From Prorocentrum cordatum (lineage: Eukaryota), in assembly GCA_963575745.1 (NCBI GenBank), contig CAUYUJ010000157.1, positions 1 through 64,000 of the forward strand: a stretch of DNA of 64,000 nt, in the 5' to 3' direction. Made by a program: the position numbers and the translations under genes. Below the pieces are notes generated by a model that was not told the origin of the DNA, ran no database searches, and saw only the letters and a list, made by a program, of their open reading frames with translations. How positions within the stretch are numbered: the first letter of the stretch is position 1; each line of letters opens with the position of its first letter. Below are positions 11,896 to 23,589 of this stretch, in pieces.

Positions 11896-12371
11896 GTATG
11901 CATGCATGCATGCATGCATGCATGCATGATGTATGTATGCATGTATACGTATGTACGTATGTATGTATGTATGTATGTACGTATTGTAGGTAGGTACGTA
12001 TGTATGTATGTATGTATGTATGTATGCATGTATGTATGTATGTATGTATGTATGTATGTATGTATGTATGTATGTATGTATGTATGTATGTATGTATGTA
12101 TGTATGTATGTATGTATGTATGTATGTATGTATGTATGTATGTATGTATGCATGTATGTCTGTATGTATGTATGTATATATTTATATGTCTGTATATATA
12201 TATAACAAAAAGAAAACAACGGGAGGTTTGGGGCCATTTTCGGCCCCGGGGGGCCCTCGCCGGGCCTCGGGACCGTCAAGAAACGACTCGGGACGGAAAA
12301 CCGGTCCCGGGGAAAGGGTCGGGACTTGCGGGGGCGCGGCCCTGAAAAAATCGGGACGTCGCATGTCTGGG
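11805..12371. mobile_element. MITE family 2 with internal (TA)n/(CATG)n/(TATG)n expansion
   Basis: TIRs intact, TSD GA; microsatellite at about 11859-12202. Confidence 0.85.
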
Positions 12372-12504
12372 GAGAAGCCACATGAGCACCCCCTTCTGAG
12401 CGCGCCAGGGGCGGCGCCAGAGGCGCCGCCGGGGGGCCCCAGGCGCGGATCCACAAGAGATCCGCGCGGAGCGCCACTTCATGTGGCTTTTCTACTTCGA
12501 GGTC

Positions 12505-12751
12505 CTCTCCGCCATCGCCTTGTGGCACGCCGCCACTGCGCGCAGGGCCCGCCGGTGCTCGCGCAGCGCCTCCCCGCCTCCCGACCGCCCGCGCAGCGGC
12601 GCGCCGCCAGCGCTCGCCCCCCGAGGGGGCTGCCGCTCGAGCTGCCCGCGGCCGCCGCCGAGTGCGTCGAGCGGGGCGGGCGTGGCCACGGGGCCACTTC
12701 GAGCGGCCCGGCGCCCAGCCTCTGCGGGGAGCCGAGGTGCCGAGGCTGCTG
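12505..12751 (-). CDS. Putative exon of the nested gene ...GAPLRGRSGGGEALREHRRALRAVAACHKAMAE(R)
   Basis: Paralogous to APLRGEPWDALRDHRRALHEVAVCHQAMMER (about 10190-10300). Donor AG|GA at 12504. 5' boundary approximate. Confidence 0.65.
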
Positions 12752-12760
12752 CTCCCCGGA

Positions 12761-13130
12761 CCCAGACATGCTCGCGTCGTAAAAAAGATCGAGGCGTTTC
12801 CTCGTGTTCGGCCCCGGGGGGCCTTCGCGGGCCTCGGGACCCTCCAAAACGATTCAGGACGAAAAGCCGGTCCCGTGGAAAAGTCACCTCTCCCAGTGTC
12901 TAGGATCGTCGCAGGAGCGTTTTTTCTGAAACTTTTGTTTCACTGGGGTCGGGGCTTCCGTCGACGCTGCGGGCAGTTTGCGCGGCTCGCAACATAGCAA
13001 CGCCATTCAGCGCGCGCGGGGGCGCACGCGGGCACTCAGAAGCGCGCGGCACTCGAAGTCCCGACCTTTTCAAAAGGTCGGGACTTCCAAGGACGCCGTC
13101 CTGAAAAAATCAGGACGTCGCATGCCTGGG
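12761..13130. mobile_element. MITE family 2 with an internal insertion of about 190 bp
   Basis: TIRs, TSD GA. Confidence 0.85.
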
Positions 13131-13244
13131 GATGCTGCCCGGCATTTCGAGGCGACTCCAGCCGTGGCGGCGAGGGCCACCCGGTAGGCCCAAGAAGGCG
13201 AGCACGAGCGAAGGGTAGCAGCATTGGTCCATCGCTCCCTCCTC

Positions 13245-13432
13245 CCCAGGCCCCCGACGTCGTGATTTTTTTTGACAACGTCGACCCCCAGAGGTCTGGA
13301 CTCCTTCCCCGGAACCGGTTTTGCATCCTGAGTCGTTTTTTGACGGCCCCGAGGCCCGGTAAGGGCCCCCGGAGGCCGAAAATAAGGAAAAACCTTCCGT
13401 CGTGATTTTTTCACAGCGCGAGGGGGTCTGGG
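13245..13432. mobile_element. MITE family 2
   Basis: TIRs, TSD TC. Confidence 0.85.
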
Positions 13433-13438
13433 TCTGAG

Positions 13439-13550
13439 CCTCGCGGTAGGCCGCGCCCAGCACGGCCGAGGCGGCCCTGGAGCGGCCAGTCACAGGTCCG
13501 TCGTCGCCTCTGGGGCTCCCCGTGGCGCGCTCCCGCGGCACCGAGGCCAT
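13439..13550 (-). CDS. Candidate first exon of the nested gene MASVPRERATGSPRGDDGPVTGRSRAASAVLGAAYRE
   Basis: GCT ATG GCC start, GC3-rich, donor GAG|GC. A further small exon at about 13126-13180 is possible but has no clean AG acceptor. Confidence 0.4.
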
Positions 13551-13636
13551 AGCGTGGGGCGCGGGGGGAGACGGCGTCGCCCTGGGCAGAGCGTCTGTCT
13601 GGAGCCGATAGCTCAAATCAGGTTTGGGGAGGAGGA

Positions 13637-13667
<31 letters not shown>

Positions 13668-15719
13668 GAGGAGGAGGAGGAGGAGGAGGAGGAGGAGGAG
13701 GAGGAGGAGGAGGAGGAGGAGGATGGGCAGTGTAGGAGAAGCTGGACTAGGAGAGGCACGGTACGGGCCCAAGGGGTCGGGAGTCGGCGGTCGGCGGCAC
13801 GGCACGGATGTCCTCAGGGTAGTTACGTTCGTGTGTTCTTGCCTCTGCGGCCCGTTTTTCGCGGCTTTCTGCCTTCATCAGGTGACGGCAGAAATCAGGT
13901 TGGATCACTTACAGAGCGGGCAGGACCGCATCCAAAAGAGCTACGATGCAGGTGGCAGCTTGCCGCCTCGACATCGCCATCGTGGCAGATCCAAGCGTTG
14001 ACTTCTTGGATTAGAAGGTGCCTTTCCAGCACCACTCCGGGCTAGGGTGGTTTGCTGTCATCACCTCTCATCGGGGCAGAACGGCATGAATAAGCATGTG
14101 CTAGAACAAGGGCTCCCAGCTTCGCGCTTCGCGCTGCGCGAAGCGCGAAAAACTCCGCGCTCTCGCGCCGCCTCCCAGCGGAGGAGAGGAGGGCGGGGCG
14201 GAATCGGGGCCGAAGCGCGAAGCGCGAATAGCTTCGCACCCTCGAGGGCGCCCTTGTGGAACCTCCGCGCGCGCGCTTTGCGCGCGCGCGGAGGCTCTAG
14301 TGCATGCTCCAGCTGCAGTCTGAAGCGTTCGGCATCGGAGGGCGTGTTTTGCCGCACGGATCGAGCCCCTCGGGGAGCTTCGCCTGCGGCCCCCCAGAGA
14401 CAGGCCGAGCTCAGGTCCAGCGCACGGGCCCTCAACATGGTCGCCTGCAGATTGCCCAGGCAGGATCCGCAGAGTTCCCAGATCGTCGGCCTTCGCGCTC
14501 CCAACCGGCCAGGAGGGCTGAGGCTGGCCTCAGAGGATGCCTCCAGATCGTCGTCCGAGATGGCCCCCAGGAGCGCCCAAGAGGCCGCAAGATGTCTCCC
14601 TCAGAAATCGTGGGGGGCAGGGGTAGGGTTCGCATGTGGCCCCCTACAGACGGACCAGCGGTAATTCGCCGCATGCGGCTTCGATCATCCAGGAGGTGCC
14701 CGAAATCGCCCGAGCGCCCCAAGTGAAGGGGCCCTGGGACACACAAAGAAATACACCCAAATGAAAACAATCCCCATGTTTCCCCATATTTTCTGGGTTT
14801 TCGTCTTCCCCCCCACTGCCCACATTGCCCCATATTTTCTGGAGAATCGACGATGAATTGTGCCTGTGTGTTTTGGGGGCCTCCTGACCAAGGGCACCTC
14901 CAGAGGGCCCCTGCGGAATGCCAGGCAGGAGTCCACGGCATCATACCAGGAGCCTCCGGCATGCCACCCGTGCAAAATATGTCGGGAGCCGCCACGGGGC
15001 CCTCTTATAGCCTTTTTGGAGCCTCTCAGTGCCCTCTCCTCCTCCTCCTCCTCCTCCTCCTCATCCTCCTCCTCCTCCTCCTCGTTTCTCCTCCTCCTCC
15101 TCCTCCTCCTCCTTCCTCCTCCTCCTTCCTCCTCCTCCTCCTCCTCCTCCTTCCTCCTCCTCCTCCTCCAAGAAGTCTCCAAGAGAGCCCGGAGAGAGCT
15201 CCAAGAGGGTTCCCAGGAAGTCCCCAACAGCATCATGCCACGGCCAGGCAGCGGCGGGACGGGCCGCTGGCCATCAGATCATCCCAAAGAGGAGCCCGAG
15301 ATCGCCCGAGAGCACCAAGAGAGAGCCCCCCAAAAGGGCCCCTCTCAGAGTTCCCCCAAGAAGATGCCCAGGCTGGCCTCCCAGGTGGTCAGGATGGCGC
15401 TGCGTGGCCGCCCCATCTGATCCAATGGGCCCTCCAAGACGGCGAAGATGACCATGTCGGACCCAAGATGGCCCCAGTCCACCTCCAAGACGGCCCCGGA
15501 TGGCAGCAAGAGGCCGCTACGAAGTCTGAGGAGGCCCCCAGAGCCCCGAAAAAGGCTTGCAAGCGGTCTCCTCCTCCTCCTCCTCCTCCTCCTCCTCCTC
15601 CTCCTCCTCCTCCTCCTCCGCCTCATACTCCTGCTCCTCCCCCTCCTCCGCCTCCTCCTCCTCCCTCTCCCGATTCCCCCCCTTCCTTTCCCAGCGGCTG
15701 CGGGAGCACATAGGCAGAT

Positions 15720-16700
15720 AGCTTGGCCAAGCTGTGCACCTCGTCATGCGCTTCTTGGGAGCCTCATGGATATTCAGGGGATCTCTTCGGGGCGTCTGGT
15801 CCCAACCTTCTCAAACACTTCCGGCTGTCCCCTTCATCATGGTGGTATCGTTCCAGGGTCGGTGGCATCGGCCGTGAGGCCTCCGAAATAGGCAGCGGCT
15901 TGATAGAAGGCGGGCCGCTGGGAAAAAAACACATACTCCCGCCCGAGACTGCACAACGACTTATGGCCCGCAAGCTTACCGTGGTCAACAACTGCGCGGA
16001 TGCAACGCGGCCGCTTTCCCAGACCGCGAATTCACTCGAGACGCCCTTGGCACGGTCTCGTACGGTTTCGCCTCCAGCTGTTGCTCAACACCTGGACCGA
16101 CGGAGGGCAGTGCGGTGTCGAAAGCGCGCTCCCGCTTGACATAGCCTGGCAACGTATGGCCCGAACGCTTTCAAAGCATACGTGGGTGGTGGATGGATTT
16201 CAAATTCGCCCGCTCGCTTGGAACGCCCACGCCCCCCCCCCCCATATGCAAGATAAGTGATATTTGAACACGCACACATACAAGAAAGAAGAGATCGAAT
16301 ACTTGCTAAACGTAAAAAGGTGAGGGTCAGCTCGCCCTCTAAACCGTCTGCAGCGGACGTTTTCTAAAAAGTACTGGGACAGACGAAGATGGAGGGCGGC
16401 CCGCTGTGAAACGCACTTGTGGTATCCCAACGTGGTCGGCTTGCACTGTAATCAGACTGCTGGTCTCATCGTTCCAGGCCTTCCGAGGCCGCTTCCAGTG
16501 ACAATGCCGCCACGTTCTGACCATTCAGGCTTTCCCTGGCCCAAGCCTGTGGCAAGGCCATTGGATTATCACCGCTCTAGCCCTCCTGGCTCCTGCGACT
16601 GCAGCACCATTCCAGCGGGAGCTCGCCGTAGTATAAGGAAATGCTTCTGCCGATAAGACCACCCTGCGGGCAATAAGAAAATGTGTGTGGACTCGGCGCA
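15720..16700 (+). mobile_element. Probable highly decayed LINE RT remnant
   Basis: ATRPLS and LDIA..LS.H.W-like fragments in different frames; non-repetitive composition. Confidence 0.35.
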
Positions 16701-17939
16701 ACTGTCGGCTTGTTCGGGCCGCGCACCGGATTGCACGCTGACATCGGCACATGTGTACAAGTACAAATGCGTCGTCGGCCCTCTATACGTATGTACACAT
16801 ATGTAACTGCGAGAACGAGGATCTACACAATCCACCACCGTGCCCCGAGGCACGAAGTTGAGCATCCTCGGGTGAAGGCTGCAAAGAGGTAGGCGTGCTG
16901 GGCCAAACGCCCGTGGCCTTTCCTCTGGCGGCGCGCGTGTGGCGCGCAGCCCCCAGAAAGAAAGCTGAAGTGCCACTGCGGCCAGGCAAGTCGGCAGCGG
17001 CCAGGGCGACACGATATCAAAAGCCGTGCCCCGCTGGAAGCGAGTCCGGGGCGCGCAGGGCCTGCCGGCCGCCAGAGAGGCTCTTTGTGGAATGCTGCAG
17101 ATGCTCGATGAGGAGGAGGAGGAGGAAGGAGGAGGAGGAGGAGGAGGAGGAGGACGCGGAGCTCCTGTTCGCTGATTTCTCACGTGGCCCCTGGGAGCGC
17201 TCGCGACTAACCCTTCCAGCATCCAGGGGAGCTTGCTGTGACTCCCTGCGCCCAGCATGGCCCAACCTTGTCTCGAGGTTTGCCGCTTGGCCCTTGGGAC
17301 GGGGGGCCGGGCCCCTAGGGCCGTGCTGCGGGCCTCCCGCCGGTCCAGGAGGCCAACATCGTTGATGTTCTCTCGGTGTCCTTCTGAGCCTGGTATGCTC
17401 GCCGGCTCGGTCGTAAGAGTGCCCTCGGCGGCCCAGGAGGCCGCCGAGGTCGTCCAAAGGGGGCACGCTGGCCCCGCAGAGGTGCCCAGCATGCCTCAAA
17501 GACTGCTGCGAGAGGCGCCTGGGAGCGGCAACAGAAACTCACATCTCGAGCCCTGCGGCCCAAGGTCGCATCCGAGACCGCCGAAGGCCTCCAAGGCCCC
17601 CCCCCCCCCCCACGCAGGAGACCCCCCAAGAGGCCCCTAAAGCACTCCTCGTAAAGGCCTCCAAGAGGCTCACCAGGAGACCCCACCCCTGAGATACGTC
17701 TGAAGGGCCTCTGGCCCGCAACCCAGGCAGAGGTGGCGGGTTGCGCCGAAGGCCACTATATTGATAGGAGGTTTGGGGGGTGAGTTCCAAGTGACACGGC
17801 GACCCTCCCCACCGGGAAATCGGTTTCGGTCTCGCGCTCGCGTCGTGCGTGCGAGGCGAAGCCGCGCGGCCCGGCGGGAGGAATGAACCCGCCGCTGCGC
17901 TGCCAGGGCGAAACTGGATCCCATGACTCTACACCCCCC

Positions 17940-18815
17940 GTTGGCCGGCGGTTGTCCGGGATTGTCCCGCTGGTGTCCCGCCGTTGCCAAGGCGAAGCTG
18001 AATCCAATGATTCTCACGCCCCCGATTGGCCGGGGATGTCCTGAGGGTGTCCCGCCGGTTGGTGTCCCATCGTGTCCCGTGGTGTCCCGTAGCGCGGTGT
18101 CCCGTGGTGTCCCGTGGTATCCAGCGAGGTCGAATGCGAAATCAATAATGAGATCGATTGTGAGATCGATAAAACAATCGATAGTGAAATCGATAGTAAG
18201 GCCGACTGTGAGATCGAGAGGTAGTGAGATCGATAGATAGAGGGAGATCGGTGGTGAGATCGATAGTGGTATCGATTAGTATAGTGAGCATGAGATCGAT
18301 AGATAGATGGCCAAACCGATTGCCCTGTACCTTCGCAATACGTCGAAAAAAGGGACTGGGAAAATAGATGTCACCTAGATCGATATTCGGATCGATGGTG
18401 GTGCCCCGTGGTGTCTCATTGTGCCCCGTGGCCTTGCTTGTTCGTGTTATGTTGTTAAAGAGAAGGAACGGCGCGCGGGCAAATAAGTGCCACCGGGTTC
18501 TGCTGGCATCCCTGATGCTCAGGTGTTTTGTGGTAAGATCGAATGTGAGATCGGTAGAAAGATCGATGGTGAGATCGAGCGTGGGTGAGGAATGGGTGTC
18601 GATGGATAGGTCGATACATCGTGATGCCCATGAGGAGGTCCATAGTGATATGCAGGATGGGATCTATCGTGATGTCGACAACCAGACGGATACCTGGTGA
18701 GTGAGATCGACTGATATCGAGGCCGGTAGATACCGAGTTCGATGGATAGCCAAGCCGCTCGATGGTAAGATTAAGATCGCGAGTGAGATCGCCGGTGACA
18801 TCGATGATGAGATCC
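17940..18815. repeat. Degenerate (GGTGTCCC)n and GAGATCGAT-rich satellite block
   Basis: Recurrent GTGAGATCGATA-like 12-mers. Confidence 0.7.
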
Positions 18816-18916
18816 CCCCCCGCCCCCCACAACCTCCTCATCATCCGTAGAGTGGTCGTATAAGTATGCTGTGCGTCTCCCGCGCCCTCTTCTCTTGCCC
18901 CGAGTCCCCTTTACGC

Positions 18917-18970
18917 CTGGTTGCCGCTGTCGCGCGCCGTCTCCATGGCGTCGCGGAACATGCCGTCGTT
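18917..18970 (-). CDS. CLTC: Clathrin heavy chain exon NDGMFRDAMETARDSGNQ
   Basis: 54 nt, acceptor ggcag|, donor CAG|GC. Matches KDSLYKDAMQYASESKD. This frame is absent from the supplied ORF track. Confidence 0.9.
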
Positions 18971-20863
18971 CTGCCAAGATGGGGGGGGGGGGGACTGGGG
19001 AGAGAGAGAGAGAGAGAGAGGGCCATCCTGCTACCCGACTCAGTTCTCCCCTCTCTCAAATAATTAACTCTTTCCTTCTGCACCTCATCCCCGCCCCCCA
19101 AAAATGAGGCGGGAGTGAAGCGGGACGCGCGGACTCAACACGGGGATCATCGAAAGGAGCACCGAGGGTTGCCAACGGAGAGGAGGCCAAAGGAAGCGCA
19201 CCAGGAGGACCAGGTTTGGGAGAAGGACAGCTGAGGAGTCGCTGAGGAGGAGAGCGGCGGCCTGAGGGGGAGAAGGCCATGACTGAACAGGATGGCGTTG
19301 GGAGAGAAATGTGTGGAATGGGCGAAAAGCTGTGAGAGTCCAGATTTCTCATGGCGCGTTAAGATGGGAAACGAAATCGGTCACACAGCATGCGTGGAAA
19401 AGGTTGCCGACCAGTGCGAACTGCAAATGGGGGCCAGTGCGAGGGGGAGAGGGAGAAGGGGCCAAGATAAACAAACAAAACGAGCGACAGAGAGAGAGAG
19501 AGGGAGGAACACCGAATAAGAAGGGGGCAACCAGAGAGATACATGCAGACATATCGACTGGCGCCCAACCGTGCTCCCTTCATAGGGAGAAGGGAGGGCA
19601 CCCATAATGCAGGGATGGCAGAGACAGGGTGCAGGAAGCACGCGCCACCCCGCCTGTGCAGGGTGGGCGGGAGGACCAAAACAAAGACCCGAGCCGCAGC
19701 GGCTGCGGGGGGGGCGAGGGGAAAGGGAGGGAAGCGGAGCGACGCTCGGTGCAAATCAAGACACCCTGGGGAAGCCCCGGACGAAACAGACTGGCGGCGA
19801 CCGCCTGTGCCCTCCTCAGGAGGAGAAGGGGACTGCACACGTTCTGACGCGACGGCAGAGACAGCGTGCAGGGCGCGCGCGCCACCCCACCGCCCAGCCA
19901 CAGGGGCGCCGAACCGGGACCCCCCTTCGAAACTTCGAGCAACTCCCAAACCAGGTGGGCCCTTGCCTGCCCAGCGGTGGCCTCGCCAGACCAAAGCGGG
20001 CGCCAACTCCGCAGAGTTGGGGCCCCCCCCATGCCCTCGCGCGGCTCGTCCGCGCGGGGCTTGAAGCTCCCCGGAGGAGGGGGAGAAGGTGTGGGCTGCG
20101 CACCCTACTCGGCCTGCTGGGTCAAGCTCGCCAGCCTCCCCTCTGGCACGCCACGAGGCACGCCCATATAGAAGTCCTACACTGACCGGTGCTGGCCCTC
20201 CGCCCCTGGTGTGGGGATCCAGGGTTGCTCTGGTGGGGGGAACCCCGCAGAGCGCACTTGGCAGGTTCTCTGGCCCTCCGCTCCTGTCCTACCCGCCTGT
20301 CGGCGGTGGACAAACCTCCCTTTAGTAAACCTCCCCTTAGTGGAAATGGCCTGGGACCGAAACCGACGGACCTGGACCCGCAAAAATAATCGACGTGTCA
20401 GGGTAGGAGGTCTGTCCACCCCCGAGCCTGGGTGGTGCTGTCGATGGCGAGCCGGCATTTCTTGGCGGACGCCCCTTCCGCCAGCCGATTGCAAGGCCCA
20501 TGGGCTGGCTCCCCCAGAGGTAGACGTGGCAGGCGTTCGATTTCCACCGTCCAAATCGCTCGGGCCTCTCCAGCTCCGAGACTGCGCGGCACATCGCGGC
20601 GGTCCCTAGCTCCGATGCTGAGCGAATGGCATCCAATTTGGACGCCCGACATGGGTACGGAAGAGATGGGCGCAATGCCCAACGACAGAAGTTGTCCCAA
20701 ACCCACAGCAGGATCCCATCCCGGAGAGCGTTTCCGAGTCCAGAGGGAGGGCGCCCGCAAGACCGAGGGTGTGCCAGCCTCGCCCCTCTATGCGCAAGGC
20801 CCCCCAGCCGCAACCGTCCTCCCACTTGGGGGGGGGGGGGGGGGCGCGCCCGGCCCGCTGGTA

Positions 20864-21028
20864 CACCCTGCGAAATGCTTAAGAAATCATGGGTTAAGAA
20901 ATTCATAGTCTCAGAACTTCAATAAAAATCCAACATTTCTATTAACATCTTAGGATTTACATTGAAACGTTAAGAATAATCGAGACTCTGGCCGAAAACT
21001 TGGGTTTTCTTAAGCATCGCCTAAGGTG
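20864..21028. mobile_element. AT-rich MITE with TA TSD
   Basis: TIR CACC..T...ATGCTTAAGAAA; TA on both sides. Confidence 0.75.
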
Positions 21029-22307
21029 TAGTGGCTGGTCTGAATGGTCAGCCGCCCCGGCGCTGGCTGGCCGGTCGCGGAGGCCGGGGCTCGCGCCCCC
21101 CCTCAGGAAACGGCGCTTGGCCCGGGAACGCAGGTGCGCGCAGGGGCCCAGGCTCGCGTTGGCGCGGACCTGCCACGCGCCCTCCGCCTTTTGTTCCTTC
21201 ACTTTTTCGTCCTCCGCTGCGCCCAGGGGGGATTCCTGGTCGGCAGGGCGACGGTTCTCCAACCATCCCAATTCTGGTGCGAGCAGGCATTGTCCTGGCA
21301 CGTCCTCAGCCCGTCCGGGGGATGAACCATTTGCGCTCGCCCGGGACGGGCTGAATGATCCCGCGAGCGACCCCCCATCTGCACCATCGGTGCCGCTTTC
21401 GGGGACCCGCGCCTCGCTTCGAGCCGGGGTTCCACTTCTCCTTCCAGGATGGGCGGGGCTCCGACTTGGCCCCCTCGCCTCAGCAAGTGGGCCAGCACGG
21501 GCCCGGCAGTCCTCTCTTCGAACTTGGGTCCAGAGCCTGGTCGGACTGGGGCGCTTGGCACCTTCTCCCCGGGGCAGCCCTGATTTCTGGAGTATAGCCC
21601 CAGCAGAGGTCCTACCCGCCCAGTCCGGGGGGGTCAGCCCTTCGGCTCGTGCACGCAGCCCTCCCTGAGCTGGGGCGGGGCGGCTGGGGCCCCCTCTGCG
21701 GCCCCCTGCCCTGCGCCTGCCGCCTCGCCCCAGGGCTCGCCTGCGGGGCAAAGGGGGGGGGGGGGGGCCTGGGAGCCGCCTCCTGCAGAGCTGACGCGGG
21801 CCCTGTCCGCCGCCGACGGGCCCGCCCGCTCCCTTCGAAGAATGGCCAGGGCGGCCGCGCTCCCCGTCGGGCGGGCCTTCGCGAGGGGCAGCGTCGCTCC
21901 GCCCCTCCCCGGGCCCACCCGAGCAGCTCGCCCAATTCTCCCAAGGTCTGGTCAACTGGAGCGGGAGCGCGCCGGCCTCGATGTCCCGCAGTCCGCGGGG
22001 GGCCCCGGGCTCCGTTCCCTCGTCGATGGACCCGTCCAAGGGAAGGGTTCCCCGTCCAGTCGCGGCTCCTGCCCCCACGAACGGGGGCCCCATCGCGTAT
22101 ACGCAGCCTTGTGGCTCCCAGCCCCCGACAGCGGACGCCCGCGCAGGCAGCCCGGCAGGGGCATCTGCCTCTGCAGCCGCCGCAGCGGCTGGCGCCGGGC
22201 GAAGGAGGCCCGGTTGGCTCCGAGCCGCGGGCGCCGCTGGGGGGGGGCTCGACTCCCTCCCGCATGCCCCCCCCCCCCGCCACGGGCTGGGCCCTGAGCT
22301 TCCTCAA

Positions 22308-22492
22308 CCCAGACCCCCGACGTCATGATTTTTTCATGACGCGACCCCCAGAGGTCCAGACCCATTCCCCGGGACCGGTTTTTCATCCCGAGTCGTTTTT
22401 TGACGGTCCCGAGGCCCGGCGAGGGCCCTCAGAGGCCGAAAATAGTGAAAAACCTCCCGTCGTGATTTTTTCATGACTCGAGGAGGTCTGGG
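22308..22492. mobile_element. MITE family 2
   Basis: TIRs, TSD AA. Confidence 0.88.
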
Positions 22493-22943
22493 AAGACCCT
22501 GGGCGTCACTCCGGGCTCCCCACCACGCCGTTCGTCCCCGGATCCCGGTCGATGAGCCTCCTCGCCCTCAGCGGGTTGCCCGTAGGGGGCCTCCTCTCGG
22601 GGCCCATCGCTCGCGACCTCCCCGCTCGGGCGGAAGGTTGGTGCCAAGCAGGCCTCTCCTGCGAGCCCCGTGTAGGGGCACCCTCTCGGGGCCCCATCGC
22701 TCGCGACCTCCCAGCTCGGTCGGAAGGCGGGCTCCCTCCGAGCAGACCTCTTGCTGCGAGCCCCCCGTCTACGGCGGAGAGTCGTGTGGCCACCGCGGGC
22801 ACGGGCCAGGAGGAGGAGGAGGAGGAGGAGGAGGAGGAGGAGGAGGAGGAGGTGGCCGCCAGCAGCGCAACCACTGTGCCAAGGGTGTAGCCCCTATGCA
22901 GAAGCAGAAACAGACCCGGGCCGCAGCGGCTGCGGGAGAGGAC

Positions 22944-22981
<38 letters not shown>

Positions 22982-23307
22982 GAAGGAAGGAGAGAGAGAG
23001 AGAGAGAAAGAGAAAGGGAGAGAAAGAGAGAAAGAGAAAGAGAGAGAGGATGGCTGGAGAGAAACGGAGCGATGCGCGGTGCCCATCAACAACTTCTAGG
23101 ACCCCCCTAACAAAACAGTGAGAGCGAGAGGAAGTGAGGGGGAGGGAGGGGGGCAGGGAAGGAGGCAGGGAGAGCGGGAGGAAGAGCAGGAGAGCGAGAG
23201 AGGGGAAGGAAGGGAGAGGGAGGGGGAAAAACGTCGACAGGGAAAACGAGATGCAGGCAGGGCGAGAGGGACAGCAATAGCCTGGAGCGAGCGTCGGCTG
23301 AGGGGGC

Positions 23308-23379
23308 CTTCGACATGTCAATGGACTGCTTGTACCTCTTGTTCTTCTTGTACACCAGGGCGGCGATGCGGCGCATCTC
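23308..23379 (-). CDS. CLTC: Clathrin heavy chain exon EMRRIAALVYKKNKRYKQSIDMSK
   Basis: 72 nt, acceptor gaag|, donor AAG|GC. Matches [24 protein letters not shown]. Confidence 0.95.
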
Positions 23380-23589
23380 CTTCGCGAGGCGACCGCCATT
23401 CAGCGTCCGAGCGGAACCTGCTCTGCTGCTGACTCTGCACCTGCCACAGGCTCTGGCTTTCCTCCTCCTCCTCCTCCTCAGATTCCTCCTTATCCTCCAC
23501 GGCCCCCACCTCTGTCTCAGCATCATTGCCTCCTCCTCCTCCTCCTCCTCCTCGTACTCCTACTCCTACTCCTACTCCTTCTCCTCCTC

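Noticed and set aside
17320..17460. GC3-like stretch EGTLTTEPASIPGSEGHRENINDVGLLDRRE on the minus strand
   Set aside because: It does not fit clathrin (the flanking exons already join without a gap) and has no recognisable motif; it cannot be supported as an exon.
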